A stretch of 64,000 nucleotides of DNA. Origin: Candidatus Heimdallarchaeum endolithica. Lineage in GTDB: Archaea > Asgardarchaeota > Heimdallarchaeia > Heimdallarchaeales > Heimdallarchaeaceae. Location: assembly GCA_021513715.1 (NCBI GenBank), contig CP084167.1:416001-480000 (forward strand). Reading direction: 5' to 3'. Positions 1 to 9,200 of this stretch are shown here, piece after piece (positions within the stretch are counted from its first letter, which is position 1; each line of letters begins with the position of its first letter). Under the pieces are notes generated by a model that was not told the DNA's origin, searched no databases, and was given only the letters and a program-made list of their open reading frames with translations. Both the position numbers and the translations under genes were made by a program.

Positions 1-118
1 GTTAACTCATGAAGCTGCAATTGGAAGAATTGATCAAAAACAATTGCATACTTTAATGGCTAAAGGGCTCAGTGAAAAACAATCAATAGAATATTTAGTT
101 AACGGTTTACTAAATTAA
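1..118 (+). CDS. 3' end of a SufB/SufD-family Fe-S cluster assembly protein (partial)
   Basis: Frame 2 reads LTHEAAIGRIDQKQLHTLMAKGLSEKQSIEYLVNGLLN*, matching the SufBD C-terminal motif THEAAIG...LMARGL. Stop at 116-118. Confidence 0.85.
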   Translation, partial: LTHEAAIGRIDQKQLHTLMAKGLSEKQSIEYLVNGLLN

Positions 119-441
119 TTTCTTATTTTTAAAAAAACTGTTTATTATGCTTCTAATTGTACGATACAGGAGTATAAGAGTAATTAGAAAATGTCATGGA
201 GTTTTACTTTAAGTAAAAGTTATATTGGGAAATATGCTTAAGCGATGAAATATAACTAGGTAACCCAAAGCATTTAAAATAAATGTTCCTTTTTTCTTTT
301 TCTATCTACAAAAACATTAATTTAGTTTTTTTATCAGCTTACTTTTTTACGCCAACTTTACTCCCAGGAGAAACCAATGAGTTTTTTGTAAAAATGTTAA
401 GATAAATTTTTAACTTCTAGTGATTCTTTCAATTATAAAAA

Positions 442-2205
442 ATGAACTGGAAATTTATTAGTGATAACCTATTAACTAGGTGGAGTAAGATTGTAAATCC
501 GAAAAAACCTCTACCAGAGAATCCTCGTCCCAATTTTCAAAGAAAAAAATGGATTAACCTTAATGGGTTATGGGATTTTGCAATAACAAAAAGAAATGAT
601 TACAGTAATTTTATAGAAAAAGGTGAAATCCTTGTTCCTTTTCCTATAGAATCTGCTTTGTCTGGAGTAAGACGTTTATTAAAACCTGATGAAAATTTAA
701 TCTATGTTAGAGATTTTGAGATATCTTCATCTTGGACAAATGGAAAAGTAATATTACACTTTGGCGCGGTTGATTGGCAAGCAAGGGTATTTGTTAATTC
801 AAACTATATTGGAAGCCATAAAGGAGGATATACTCCTTTTAGTTTTGATATATCAAAATATGTTCTTTTCGATGAATCGAACACTCTAGAAGTGCATGTT
901 TTTGATCCTACAAATAAGGGGAGACAAGAAAGAGGAAAACAAGTATTAAAACCATGGGCAGTATTCTATACTGCTGTTTCAGGTATTTGGCAAACTGTTT
1001 GGTTAGAATGTGTTCCTGAAGTACATGTAGAAAGTATTACCATAACTCCTAAAGTAGATACAAGTTCAGTAATTATTTCTAATTTCTGTTCTAGTGCTAA
1101 TGTAAAAGATTTTGAAATCTGTTATTCTATATTCTACAAAGGAAAGAAAATTGAAGAAAGAAAAAGTAAGATCAATTCTTCAGAGATAATTAAATTATCA
1201 AATGCTTACCTATGGTCTCCTAAAGAGCCAAATATTTATGATTTAGAAATAGAATTAATTAAGGAAAATGAAACTATTGATAAGGTTACTAGTTACTTTG
1301 GACTAAGAAAAATAGAGTACAAAAAAGATGAAAATGGATACTTTAGATTTTATCTCAATAATGAGAAAATATTCTTGTTTGGTGTTTTAGATCAAGGTTA
1401 TTGGCCTGACGGTTTATACACTGCTCCAACAGATGAAGCACTTTTATTTGATATTAAAAAAGCAAAGGAATTAGGTTTTAATACTATAAGAAAACACATC
1501 AAAGTTGAACCTCTCAGATGGTATTATCACTGTGATAGAGAGGGAATGTTAGTTTGGCAAGATTTTCCCAATGGAGGAAGTACATGGGCTGGGATTTTGA
1601 GTATGTTCATAGGTAAAAAAATAAACTTCAAATTTGGTAGGAAAAAAGAATCGATTAAATCTCAGTTTTATAAAGAAATAACTAGTATTGTAAGGACACT
1701 CTATAATTTTCCATCAATAATTGTTTGGGTTCCCTTTAACGAAGGTTGGGGCCAATTTGAAACACGAAAAGTGACGGATTATGTACGAACTTTAGATTTT
1801 ACAAGATTAATTGATAGTGCTAGTGGATGGGTAGACAAAGGGTGTGGAGATATTGCTGATGTTCATAAATATTTAGGTCCAAGTATTCCTAAAAATGACA
1901 AAGAGAGAGTTTTAACTCTTGGTGAATTTGGTGGTTTAGGGCTCGTTGTTGAAGATCATATTTGGAAAAACGTTAAGCCATGGGCATACAAAATTATGAA
2001 AGACAAGGATGATTTCTTGAAAAAATATGAAGAAATCATTGACAATACATTCGAGTTGGCAAAAAAAGGTTTAAGTACCGCAATATATACTCAAATCACT
2101 GATGTAGAGAAAGAAGTAAATGGTTTACTTACTTACGATAGATTATCAAAACTTGAGATAGAAAAATTGAGAAAAATTAATGAAAAACTTTCCAATCTTT
2201 ATTGA
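442..2205 (+). CDS. Glycoside hydrolase family 2 (beta-galactosidase/beta-glucuronidase-like)
   Basis: NLNGLW, LHFGAVDW, HKGGYTPF, SGIWQTVWLE, LDQGYWPDG, RKHIKVEP, PFNEGWGQ (acid/base) and GEFGG (nucleophile) motifs. Confidence 0.92.
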   Translation: MNWKFISDNLLTRWSKIVNPKKPLPENPRPNFQRKKWINLNGLWDFAITKRNDYSNFIEKGEILVPFPIESALSGVRRLLKPDENLIYVRDFEISSSWTNGKVILHFGAVDWQARVFVNSNYIGSHKGGYTPFSFDISKYVLFDESNTLEVHVFDPTNKGRQERGKQVLKPWAVFYTAVSGIWQTVWLECVPEVHVESITITPKVDTSSVIISNFCSSANVKDFEICYSIFYKGKKIEERKSKINSSEIIKLSNAYLWSPKEPNIYDLEIELIKENETIDKVTSYFGLRKIEYKKDENGYFRFYLNNEKIFLFGVLDQGYWPDGLYTAPTDEALLFDIKKAKELGFNTIRKHIKVEPLRWYYHCDREGMLVWQDFPNGGSTWAGILSMFIGKKINFKFGRKKESIKSQFYKEITSIVRTLYNFPSIIVWVPFNEGWGQFETRKVTDYVRTLDFTRLIDSASGWVDKGCGDIADVHKYLGPSIPKNDKERVLTLGEFGGLGLVVEDHIWKNVKPWAYKIMKDKDDFLKKYEEIIDNTFELAKKGLSTAIYTQITDVEKEVNGLLTYDRLSKLEIEKLRKINEKLSNLY

Positions 2206-2520
2206 TTCATCTGTTTTCTTTTATATTTTTTCATTTGCAAATAGTAAAGGAATAACAGCTATTAAAGTCAAGTATGCTAGCGAAAAGAAATCATTAATGA
2301 AGAGCATATAAACTGTTAACCAAATTTACAAATAGAGATTTCTTTCCTTGTAACTTAAGAAATGTATTACATTACCATAGCAAACATTATTCCTCTCAAA
2401 AAAATCCTAAAAACATTGAATTTTATGATAGTACAAAGAAAATTAATAAAAAAGACTCAATAAAAACTGAAATTAAGGTTATTTTTTTTCTCTCTACTTT
2501 TCTGCAAAAAACTACACAAA
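2199..2520 (-). pseudogene. Decayed copy of the 3' part of the MFS gene at 9196..10467
   Basis: Colinear nucleotide matches: TTTTTCATTTGCAAATAGTAAAGGAATA (~2227 vs ~9223), ACATTaCCATAGCAAACATtATTCCT (2369 vs 9486), CAAAGAAAATTAATaAAAAAGAcTCAATAAAAACTGA (~2434 vs ~9552). Internal deletions, no ORF. Confidence 0.85.
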
Positions 2521-2748
2521 TAGTAATAATATTAACGAAACGATAGTGATTTTAAATAAAAAACATCTTATGATTACATTGAAAAGTAAAGAAAAAAATA
2601 ATAAAACACAAAAATTCAAAATCTGCAAAAAAGAACAAGGTTTTTTATGTGCTCACATTTTTCGAGCAAAAATTTTATATCCAACTAGAAATTATGTATG
2701 TAAAAGAAATTAATATTATTAAATATAAGTTTATAAAAAGGGTGTTAA

Positions 2749-5700
2749 ATGAAAAAGAATAATTTTATTCATTCATTACTTCTATTAATTATAATTGCTG
2801 GTATTTTATTTTCATCTATTTTGTTAGGTTTAAAGTTTAGCTATTATTGTGATAATCAAACTAAACAAAATTTACAGACAAATAATTCTCTCAACTATTT
2901 AAATTTAAATACTGAAAACGAGTATGTACTAGAAGAAACTGAAAATAATACTTTAGCTACTTTGTTTAGATTTGCGGTACAAAAGCCTTCAACCTTTTGG
3001 AATTTTAGTACTGGTGGAGCAGTGAGGTCTTCTCCTGCTATAGGTGACATTGATGGTGATGGAAAACTTGAAGTTGTTTTTGGTAGTGATGATTACAAAC
3101 TATATGCACTAAATGCAGAATATGGTCAGCTTTTGTGGTCATTTTCAACTGGTTTCAAGATCCATTCTTCTCCTGCTTTGGGAGATCTAAATGGAGATGG
3201 AAAATTAGATGTTGTTGTAGCTAGTGAAGATTTTGTGGTTTATGCTATTAATGGTGAAAATGGTTCATTAATCTGGAGTTATACTACAGGAGGAACCATT
3301 TACTCTTCTCCCGCTTTAGGTGATATTGATGGAGATTCCAATTTGGAAGTAGTGATAGGAAGTCTTGATGGAAAAATTTATGCTTTTAACGGTGAGGATG
3401 GCTCTTTTCTCTGGAGTTATACAACTGGAGGTCAAGCAGGACATTCTTCTCCTGCTTTGGGAGATCTAAATGGAGATGGAAAATTAGAAGTAATAGCATG
3501 TTCTGATGATGACAAAGTATATGCTCTATTTGGAGAAAACGGTTCTTTGTACTGGAGCTATTCAACAGGGGGAAATGTTAGATCTTCTCCCGCTTTAGGG
3601 GATCTAAATGGAGATGGAAAATTAGAGATTATTGCAGCAAGTTATGATGACTACATTTACGTAATAAGAAATAATGGTTCATTGTTATATTCATTTTACT
3701 GCTATTCTGTTTATTCTTCTCCCGCTTTAGGAGACATAGATGTAGATGGAAGAATTGAGATAGTAGTAGGAAGTCGTGATGATAAAATTTATGCTTTTAA
3801 CGGTGAGGATGGCTCTTTACTCTGGAGTTATACAACTGGTAATGACGTACTTTCATCTCCTAGCTTAGCAGACATAAATGAAGATAATAAACTAGATGTA
3901 ATTGTTGGAAGTTATGACGGTTTCCTATATGGATTATACGGTTCTAATGGAACGAAAATGTGGACAGATTATGTGTTTAATGAGATCCATAGTTCACCTT
4001 TAGTTGAAGACATAAATAACGATGGTGAAATAGAAGTAGTTTTTGGAGGCTATAGTAACATCATGTATGCCATAAAACTAGAAGTAACGAGTCACAGAAT
4101 TTATTGGTCAGGTCTAAGTGCGGATAACTCTTTTACACGTACAAAAAACATGATTGATACCGATGCGGATTTAGATTATTTATCAGAGGATTATGAAGAA
4201 TTTTTGTCAACTAATCCCAACTCTAACGATACTGATGGAGATGGATTAACAGACTTAGATGAAATTTTTATTGTTGGTACAAATGCAACTAACAGTGATA
4301 CTGATAATGATGGAATAAATGATAATGATGATGATAATGACGAAGATGGATTAACAAATGGTGAAGAAATTAATATTTTCTTTAGTGACCCAAATAACAA
4401 TGATACAGATGGAGATGGATTAACTGATGGAGATGAAGCTTCAACTTATAACACTAATCTTTTTAAAGAAGATACAGATGGGGATGGATTAACAGACTGG
4501 GAAGAAGTTACCATATCAAACACAGACCCTAATGACAGTGATACTGATAATGATGGAATAAATGATTATGATGATGATAATGATGCTGATAATTTAACAA
4601 ATGGTGAAGAAATTGATATTTACTTTAGTGACCCAAATAACAATGATACAGATAGCGATACTTTATTAGACGGAGATGAAGTATTTACCTACAACACTAA
4701 TCCTAGCAGTAATGATACAGATAGCGATACTTTATTAGACGGAGATGAAGTATTTACCTATAACACTAATCCTAGCAGTAATGATACAGATAGTGATAAA
4801 CTTCTAGATCAATATGAAATATTTACTTATAGTACAGACCCTAATGATCCTGACTCAGATGATGATGGGTTAAGTGACGGTGAAGAAGTTTTTCTGTCAA
4901 AGACAGACCCTAATGACAGTGATACTGATAAAGACAGTTTAAATGATTATGATGATGATAACGACGAAGATGGATTAACAAATGGTGAAGAAATAAAAAA
5001 CTATGGTACTGATCCTAACTCCTCTGATACAGATAATGATGGTCTTACTGACCCACAAGAAATATTTTTATATTCCACTGATCCAACTAATAATGATACA
5101 GACAGTGATTGGTTGCTTGACTATGATGAGATTTATACATACAATACTGATCCTTTAGACCCTGATACTGACGATGATGGTATGCCTGATGGTTGGGAAG
5201 TAACCTATAATCTTGATCCTTTGACTGCAAATAGCGATAAAGATATTGATAGTGATGGTTTAACCAATCTTCAAGAGTATCAACATAATACTAACCCCAG
5301 AGACTCTGATACTGACGATGATGGAATACCTGATGGTTGGGAAGTAACCTATAATCTTGATCCAATAATTGATGATGCCAATAATGACACTGATTCCGAT
5401 GGTTTGTCAAACTTACAAGAATACCAGAATAACACTAACCCTAACGATTCTGATACTGATGATGATGGTATAACAGATGGTGAAGAAATTTTAACTTATG
5501 GAACAGACCCTAATAAGACCGATACTGATAGCGATGGGTTAACTGATATTAAAGAAGTTTTAACATATTACACAGATCCTAATAATAACGATACTGATGG
5601 GGATAATTTGCGAGATGGAGATGAGGTATATTCCTATAGTACTGATCCTCACAATAATGACACTGATGACGATGAACTTTTAGATGGAGATGAGGTACAT

Positions 5701-7767
5701 ACCTACGATACAAACCCTAAAGATTTTGATACTGATGACGATATTATTTCTGACGGTCAAGAAGTAAAGCTTTATGGCACAAATCCCAATAGCGCTGATA
5801 CTGATGGGGATGGTTTAGGTGATTATTCTGAAATTTTTACCTATGGAACAGATCCTAATAATAACGATACTGATGGGGATGGTATGTCAGATGGAGAAGA
5901 GATAGCAGAAGGTTTTGATCCGATTAATCCTAAATCAAACCTGAAGAGAAAGAAGAGAATAAGAAATAGTCTTATCGGGGGTTCTGTTGTAATAGTTTTC
6001 TTTTCTTTGGTTTTCTGGGATGATATAGAGAAAGCTCTAAAAAGACTTTCATTTTCTAAAAAGAAACAAAAGAAAAAAAGAAAAAGTGAAAATACAATTT
6101 GGAAAACTCAAGGTTTTTCTTCTAAAAAAGAATGGAAATCTGCAACGAAACTTGGCTTTGAAAATGGTAACGAATGGCGTGAATTTTCAAAATCAGGTTT
6201 TAGCAACAAACAAGAATGGATCGCTGCAAGGAATGTTGGTTTTACAACTAAATCAGAATATCAAAAAGCGAAAAAGTTTGGCTTTGAAAATGGTAACAAA
6301 TGGCGTGAATTTTCAAAATCAGGTTTTAGCAACAAACAAGAATGGATCGCTGCAAGGAATGTTGGTTTTACAACTGAATCAGAATATTCAAAAGCATTAA
6401 AGAAAGGTTTCGATACTAAAGAGAAATGGGACTTTTTCCTAAAAAGTGGTTTCTCTTCTAAAAAAGAATTTGACGAAGCTTTTGCTCGTGGTTTTCCTAC
6501 TAAAAAAGAATATGACAAGGCAAAATCCAAAGGTTTTACTGAAGGGGAACGCTGGAAGAAATTCTTACAGAGCGGATTTAATGATAAATATGAATGGGAA
6601 AAGGCTAATTCTCTAGGTTTCACTACCAAAAAAGAATATGATGAAGCTGTAGCTAAAGGCTTTTCAACAAAGAAAGAGTATGATGAAGCTGTAGCTAAAG
6701 GCTTTTCAACAAAGAAAGAATATGAAGAAGCTAAAGAATTAGATTTTGAAACAAAAGACGAACTTAGAAGATTCTTGAATAGTGGTTTTAATAAAAAGGA
6801 TGAATGGTTGTTAGCTGAAATAGCAGGATTCCATGATAAAAAAGATTATGATGAAGCTAAGGCAAAAGGTTTTGATACAAAAAATGAATGGATTAATTTC
6901 TTAAAAAGTGGATTTAATACTAAAAAAGAATGGGAAGAAGCTATTTCTAGAGGTTTTTCAACAAAAGAAGAGTTTAAACTAGCTGAAAAGAGAGGATTTG
7001 CCACTAAACAAGAATTATTGGATGCCGAATCCCGTGGATTTGGTACAAAAACAGAACTAGAAAAAGCTAAAGCTAAAGGATTTAATACAAAAGATGAGTG
7101 GGACGCATTTAAAGCGAGTGGATTTAATACAAAGAAAGAATGGGAAGAAGCACAAAAATATAATATAAAAACAAAACAAGAATTGCAAAATATTGTTCCT
7201 TTGTTGGTTAAAACTATTAATGTTTTAAAAGAAAAAATAGATACATTGTTTAGTGATATGAAAAAAAATACGCTGAATATTCAAGAAACCGAAGAAAAAA
7301 TAGAAAAAATGAGTGAATTGGAAAATAAAGTCGTTGAATTAAAAGAAAAAATCAAATATTACGAACAATTAAAAAATGTATTTCCGCAAATTGATAAAAA
7401 AGGACATGGAATTGAAAATCCATTTTCGCCTTCGACAATAACAAAATTAGATATTATGCTAAGTAGATTAGATGATGAAAAAAAACAGTTATCTCTTTCA
7501 CTAAGACGATTAAAGAAACTAGAAGCTATTATACAGACTTATGAACTAATTTCATTGTCTAAACTTACAAAATTGCTGGAATTTGAAGAAGAACTAGCAC
7601 TAGAACAATGGATTCTATCTCTTGGATCACCAATAATTAAAATTAGAGGAGATAAAATTTATATTAACCTTGAATCTCGCGAATCTGGAGAAAAAATCGA
7701 TGATGCAATAGATTTACTTTTACGAAGTTTCCAAGAATATGAGCGTTCTGGCTTTGGAAAGAAGTAG
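2749..7767 (+). CDS. Giant receptor-like membrane protein: FG-GAP/PQQ-like beta-propeller, DxDxDG (TSP3-like) Ca-binding repeats, TM helix, ~26x 14-aa GF repeats, coiled coil, winged-helix-like C-terminus
   Basis: N-terminal hydrophobic segment, SSPALGDLNGDGKLE repeats, DTDxDGLxDGxE repeats, TM LIGGSVVIVFFSLVFW, GFxTKxE[WYF] repeats, C-terminus AIDLLLRSFQEYERSGFGKK. Confidence 0.85.
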   Translation: MKKNNFIHSLLLLIIIAGILFSSILLGLKFSYYCDNQTKQNLQTNNSLNYLNLNTENEYVLEETENNTLATLFRFAVQKPSTFWNFSTGGAVRSSPAIGDIDGDGKLEVVFGSDDYKLYALNAEYGQLLWSFSTGFKIHSSPALGDLNGDGKLDVVVASEDFVVYAINGENGSLIWSYTTGGTIYSSPALGDIDGDSNLEVVIGSLDGKIYAFNGEDGSFLWSYTTGGQAGHSSPALGDLNGDGKLEVIACSDDDKVYALFGENGSLYWSYSTGGNVRSSPALGDLNGDGKLEIIAASYDDYIYVIRNNGSLLYSFYCYSVYSSPALGDIDVDGRIEIVVGSRDDKIYAFNGEDGSLLWSYTTGNDVLSSPSLADINEDNKLDVIVGSYDGFLYGLYGSNGTKMWTDYVFNEIHSSPLVEDINNDGEIEVVFGGYSNIMYAIKLEVTSHRIYWSGLSADNSFTRTKNMIDTDADLDYLSEDYEEFLSTNPNSNDTDGDGLTDLDEIFIVGTNATNSDTDNDGINDNDDDNDEDGLTNGEEINIFFSDPNNNDTDGDGLTDGDEASTYNTNLFKEDTDGDGLTDWEEVTISNTDPNDSDTDNDGINDYDDDNDADNLTNGEEIDIYFSDPNNNDTDSDTLLDGDEVFTYNTNPSSNDTDSDTLLDGDEVFTYNTNPSSNDTDSDKLLDQYEIFTYSTDPNDPDSDDDGLSDGEEVFLSKTDPNDSDTDKDSLNDYDDDNDEDGLTNGEEIKNYGTDPNSSDTDNDGLTDPQEIFLYSTDPTNNDTDSDWLLDYDEIYTYNTDPLDPDTDDDGMPDGWEVTYNLDPLTANSDKDIDSDGLTNLQEYQHNTNPRDSDTDDDGIPDGWEVTYNLDPIIDDANNDTDSDGLSNLQEYQNNTNPNDSDTDDDGITDGEEILTYGTDPNKTDTDSDGLTDIKEVLTYYTDPNNNDTDGDNLRDGDEVYSYSTDPHNNDTDDDELLDGDEVHTYDTNPKDFDTDDDIISDGQEVKLYGTNPNSADTDGDGLGDYSEIFTYGTDPNNNDTDGDGMSDGEEIAEGFDPINPKSNLKRKKRIRNSLIGGSVVIVFFSLVFWDDIEKALKRLSFSKKKQKKKRKSENTIWKTQGFSSKKEWKSATKLGFENGNEWREFSKSGFSNKQEWIAARNVGFTTKSEYQKAKKFGFENGNKWREFSKSGFSNKQEWIAARNVGFTTESEYSKALKKGFDTKEKWDFFLKSGFSSKKEFDEAFARGFPTKKEYDKAKSKGFTEGERWKKFLQSGFNDKYEWEKANSLGFTTKKEYDEAVAKGFSTKKEYDEAVAKGFSTKKEYEEAKELDFETKDELRRFLNSGFNKKDEWLLAEIAGFHDKKDYDEAKAKGFDTKNEWINFLKSGFNTKKEWEEAISRGFSTKEEFKLAEKRGFATKQELLDAESRGFGTKTELEKAKAKGFNTKDEWDAFKASGFNTKKEWEEAQKYNIKTKQELQNIVPLLVKTINVLKEKIDTLFSDMKKNTLNIQETEEKIEKMSELENKVVELKEKIKYYEQLKNVFPQIDKKGHGIENPFSPSTITKLDIMLSRLDDEKKQLSLSLRRLKKLEAIIQTYELISLSKLTKLLEFEEELALEQWILSLGSPIIKIRGDKIYINLESRESGEKIDDAIDLLLRSFQEYERSGFGKK
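6112..7190 (+). repeat. 42-bp (14-aa) coding tandem repeat GFxTKxE[WYF]xxAxxx, ~26 units, including a 126-bp internal duplication
   Basis: Counted in the translation. Near-identical 126-bp duplication at ~6154-6279 and 6280-6405, near-identical 42-bp copies at ~6640-6720. Confidence 0.9.
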
Positions 7768-7799
7768 AATTAGAAAAAAATTTCCTTTTTTATTTTTTA

Positions 7800-8805
7800 A
7801 GCATGTCCAAAAATTAATTTTTTTTAATGTGGGGGTTTATGTCGGAATTATAACACATTTCCAGATCATAGACCCCCACAAAGTAAGAGAATTCATAATC
7901 ATTAATGAACCTTTCCTTAAGAAACTGGTGGATGAGAAAACGAGAGAAAGCAAGAAAGGAAGAAAAAGAATAGCAGAAGGATGGGTAATATTAGCAATAG
8001 GAATCATTGCTAGAATAGAAGGGATAGCTTGGAGGAAGTTAGAGGAAAAGTTGTCTTTATGCGATTTTTTGATAGAAGAGGGGTGGATGAGGAAGATTCC
8101 TTCTAAATCTACTTTTCATGCAGTGTGGAGAGCGACAGAAAGTAAAATCTTAGAGCAGTGGATAATAGATTTAGGGGGAGAAATAGTGAGAAAAAAAGGG
8201 TTGAAAGCTATGGCAGTGGATAGTTCAGGGTTTAAAATTCGTCAGGCTTCTGTTTGGCGTTTTCTCAAATGGTCAAGAGGGACACTAAAGAAAACCTCCA
8301 AACTAAACTTTTCTGGAAGATACACCTTATAGTTGGTTTACCCTCTCGAGCTATAGTCTCTCTCGCTCATTCTGCTAGTATCACTCACGATAGTAAAGTC
8401 TTCGGTTTCTCTGGCAGAAACTTCCTTCTGCACTCTTGAGACCTTTCTTGCGATTCTATGGTGACTGTGCTTACTGGACAGAAAATATCGTCGGTCTTCT
8501 TAGCCAACATTCCTTTTTCCCTGTTATTCCCCCAAAAAGTAATGTTCGTTATCCCTCTCCTCCTCCCCTCGGACCAATAGTTCAAGCTCATCGTCTCTAC
8601 CCTGGTCTCTATCGTCGTAATCATCACCCCGAGTATCGTAGTAGTATTGAACACGTCTTTGGTCTTCTCAAACTCTCTCTTCCCCCCATCCTTGATCGCT
8701 TACCCTCCACCATCCTCTCTACCTTGTACAGTTCTCTCCTCTGTTACAACTACCTTTTACTCCTTCGGACCGTTTAGTATGTGAAAAAGAATTTTTGGAC
8801 ATGCT
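7800..8805 (+). mobile_element. IS element (IS5-like, DDE_Tnp_1-type transposase), inactivated
   Basis: Perfect terminal inverted repeats AGCATGTCCAAAAATT (7800-7815) and AATTTTTGGACATGCT (8790-8805). Probable but low-complexity 7-bp TSD TTTTTTA (7793-7799, 8806-8812). GC content visibly higher than host. Confidence 0.9.
7829..8777 (+). pseudogene. Frameshifted DDE transposase (three ORF fragments)
   Basis: AVDSSGF, KIHLIV, HDSK, YGDCAY, IPPKSN and YRSSIEHVFG motifs split by a +5 duplication (AAACT, 8300-8309) and a -1 deletion (~8408). Restored length ~314 aa. Confidence 0.85.
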
Positions 8806-8898
8806 TTTTTTATTATCAGAAGGTCATTGATTCAATTTTTTCTAGCGCAGATCAAAAAGAGAGATTTTTATTTTGTAATAATTCCTTTTATTGTTACA

Positions 8899-9200
8899 AA
8901 TAACTGGAAAATCATTTATAACAACATCAATCCAATTCAACAAGGAAATTGATCAAAAAGCACTATTATCTGAGTATTCTCATTCCAATTCACAAAGAGA
9001 AAAAATAGAAAAACTCAATAAATTGTGGTTTATACTACTTCAAAAAACGACAATTGTATTTTTGAAGAAAAAAGTGAAATTCTTGTCCCATTTCATATGA
9101 ATATGATTTATAAGCAATAAAATATACAATAAATCCTTATGAGACACGAAAAGTTAACCAGAAAAATTGAGAAAAAAATGAAAATTGTCTGTTCTTTATT
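8899..9200 (+). pseudogene. Decayed, internally deleted copy of the GH2 gene at 442..2205
   Basis: The 69-aa ORF 8891..9100 contains EYSHSNSQREKIEKLNKLW vs GH2 ENPRPNFQRKKWINLNGLW. GAAAAAAGTGAAATTCTTGTCCCATTTC matches GAAAAAGGTGAAATCCTTGTTCCTTTTC. The 3' end GAAAAATTGAGAAAAA..CTTTATTG matches 2161-2204. Confidence 0.8.

Noticed and set aside
7739-7828. N-terminal extension of the transposase ORF overlapping gene 2749
   Set aside because: It starts outside the terminal inverted repeat; the start is more plausibly GTG 7829
8290-8420. Programmed ribosomal frameshifting in the transposase
   Set aside because: Two separate shifts are needed and one is a clear 5-bp duplication, so mutation is more parsimonious
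8891-9100. 69-aa ORF as a novel small protein
   Set aside because: It is a remnant of a duplicated GH2 5' end
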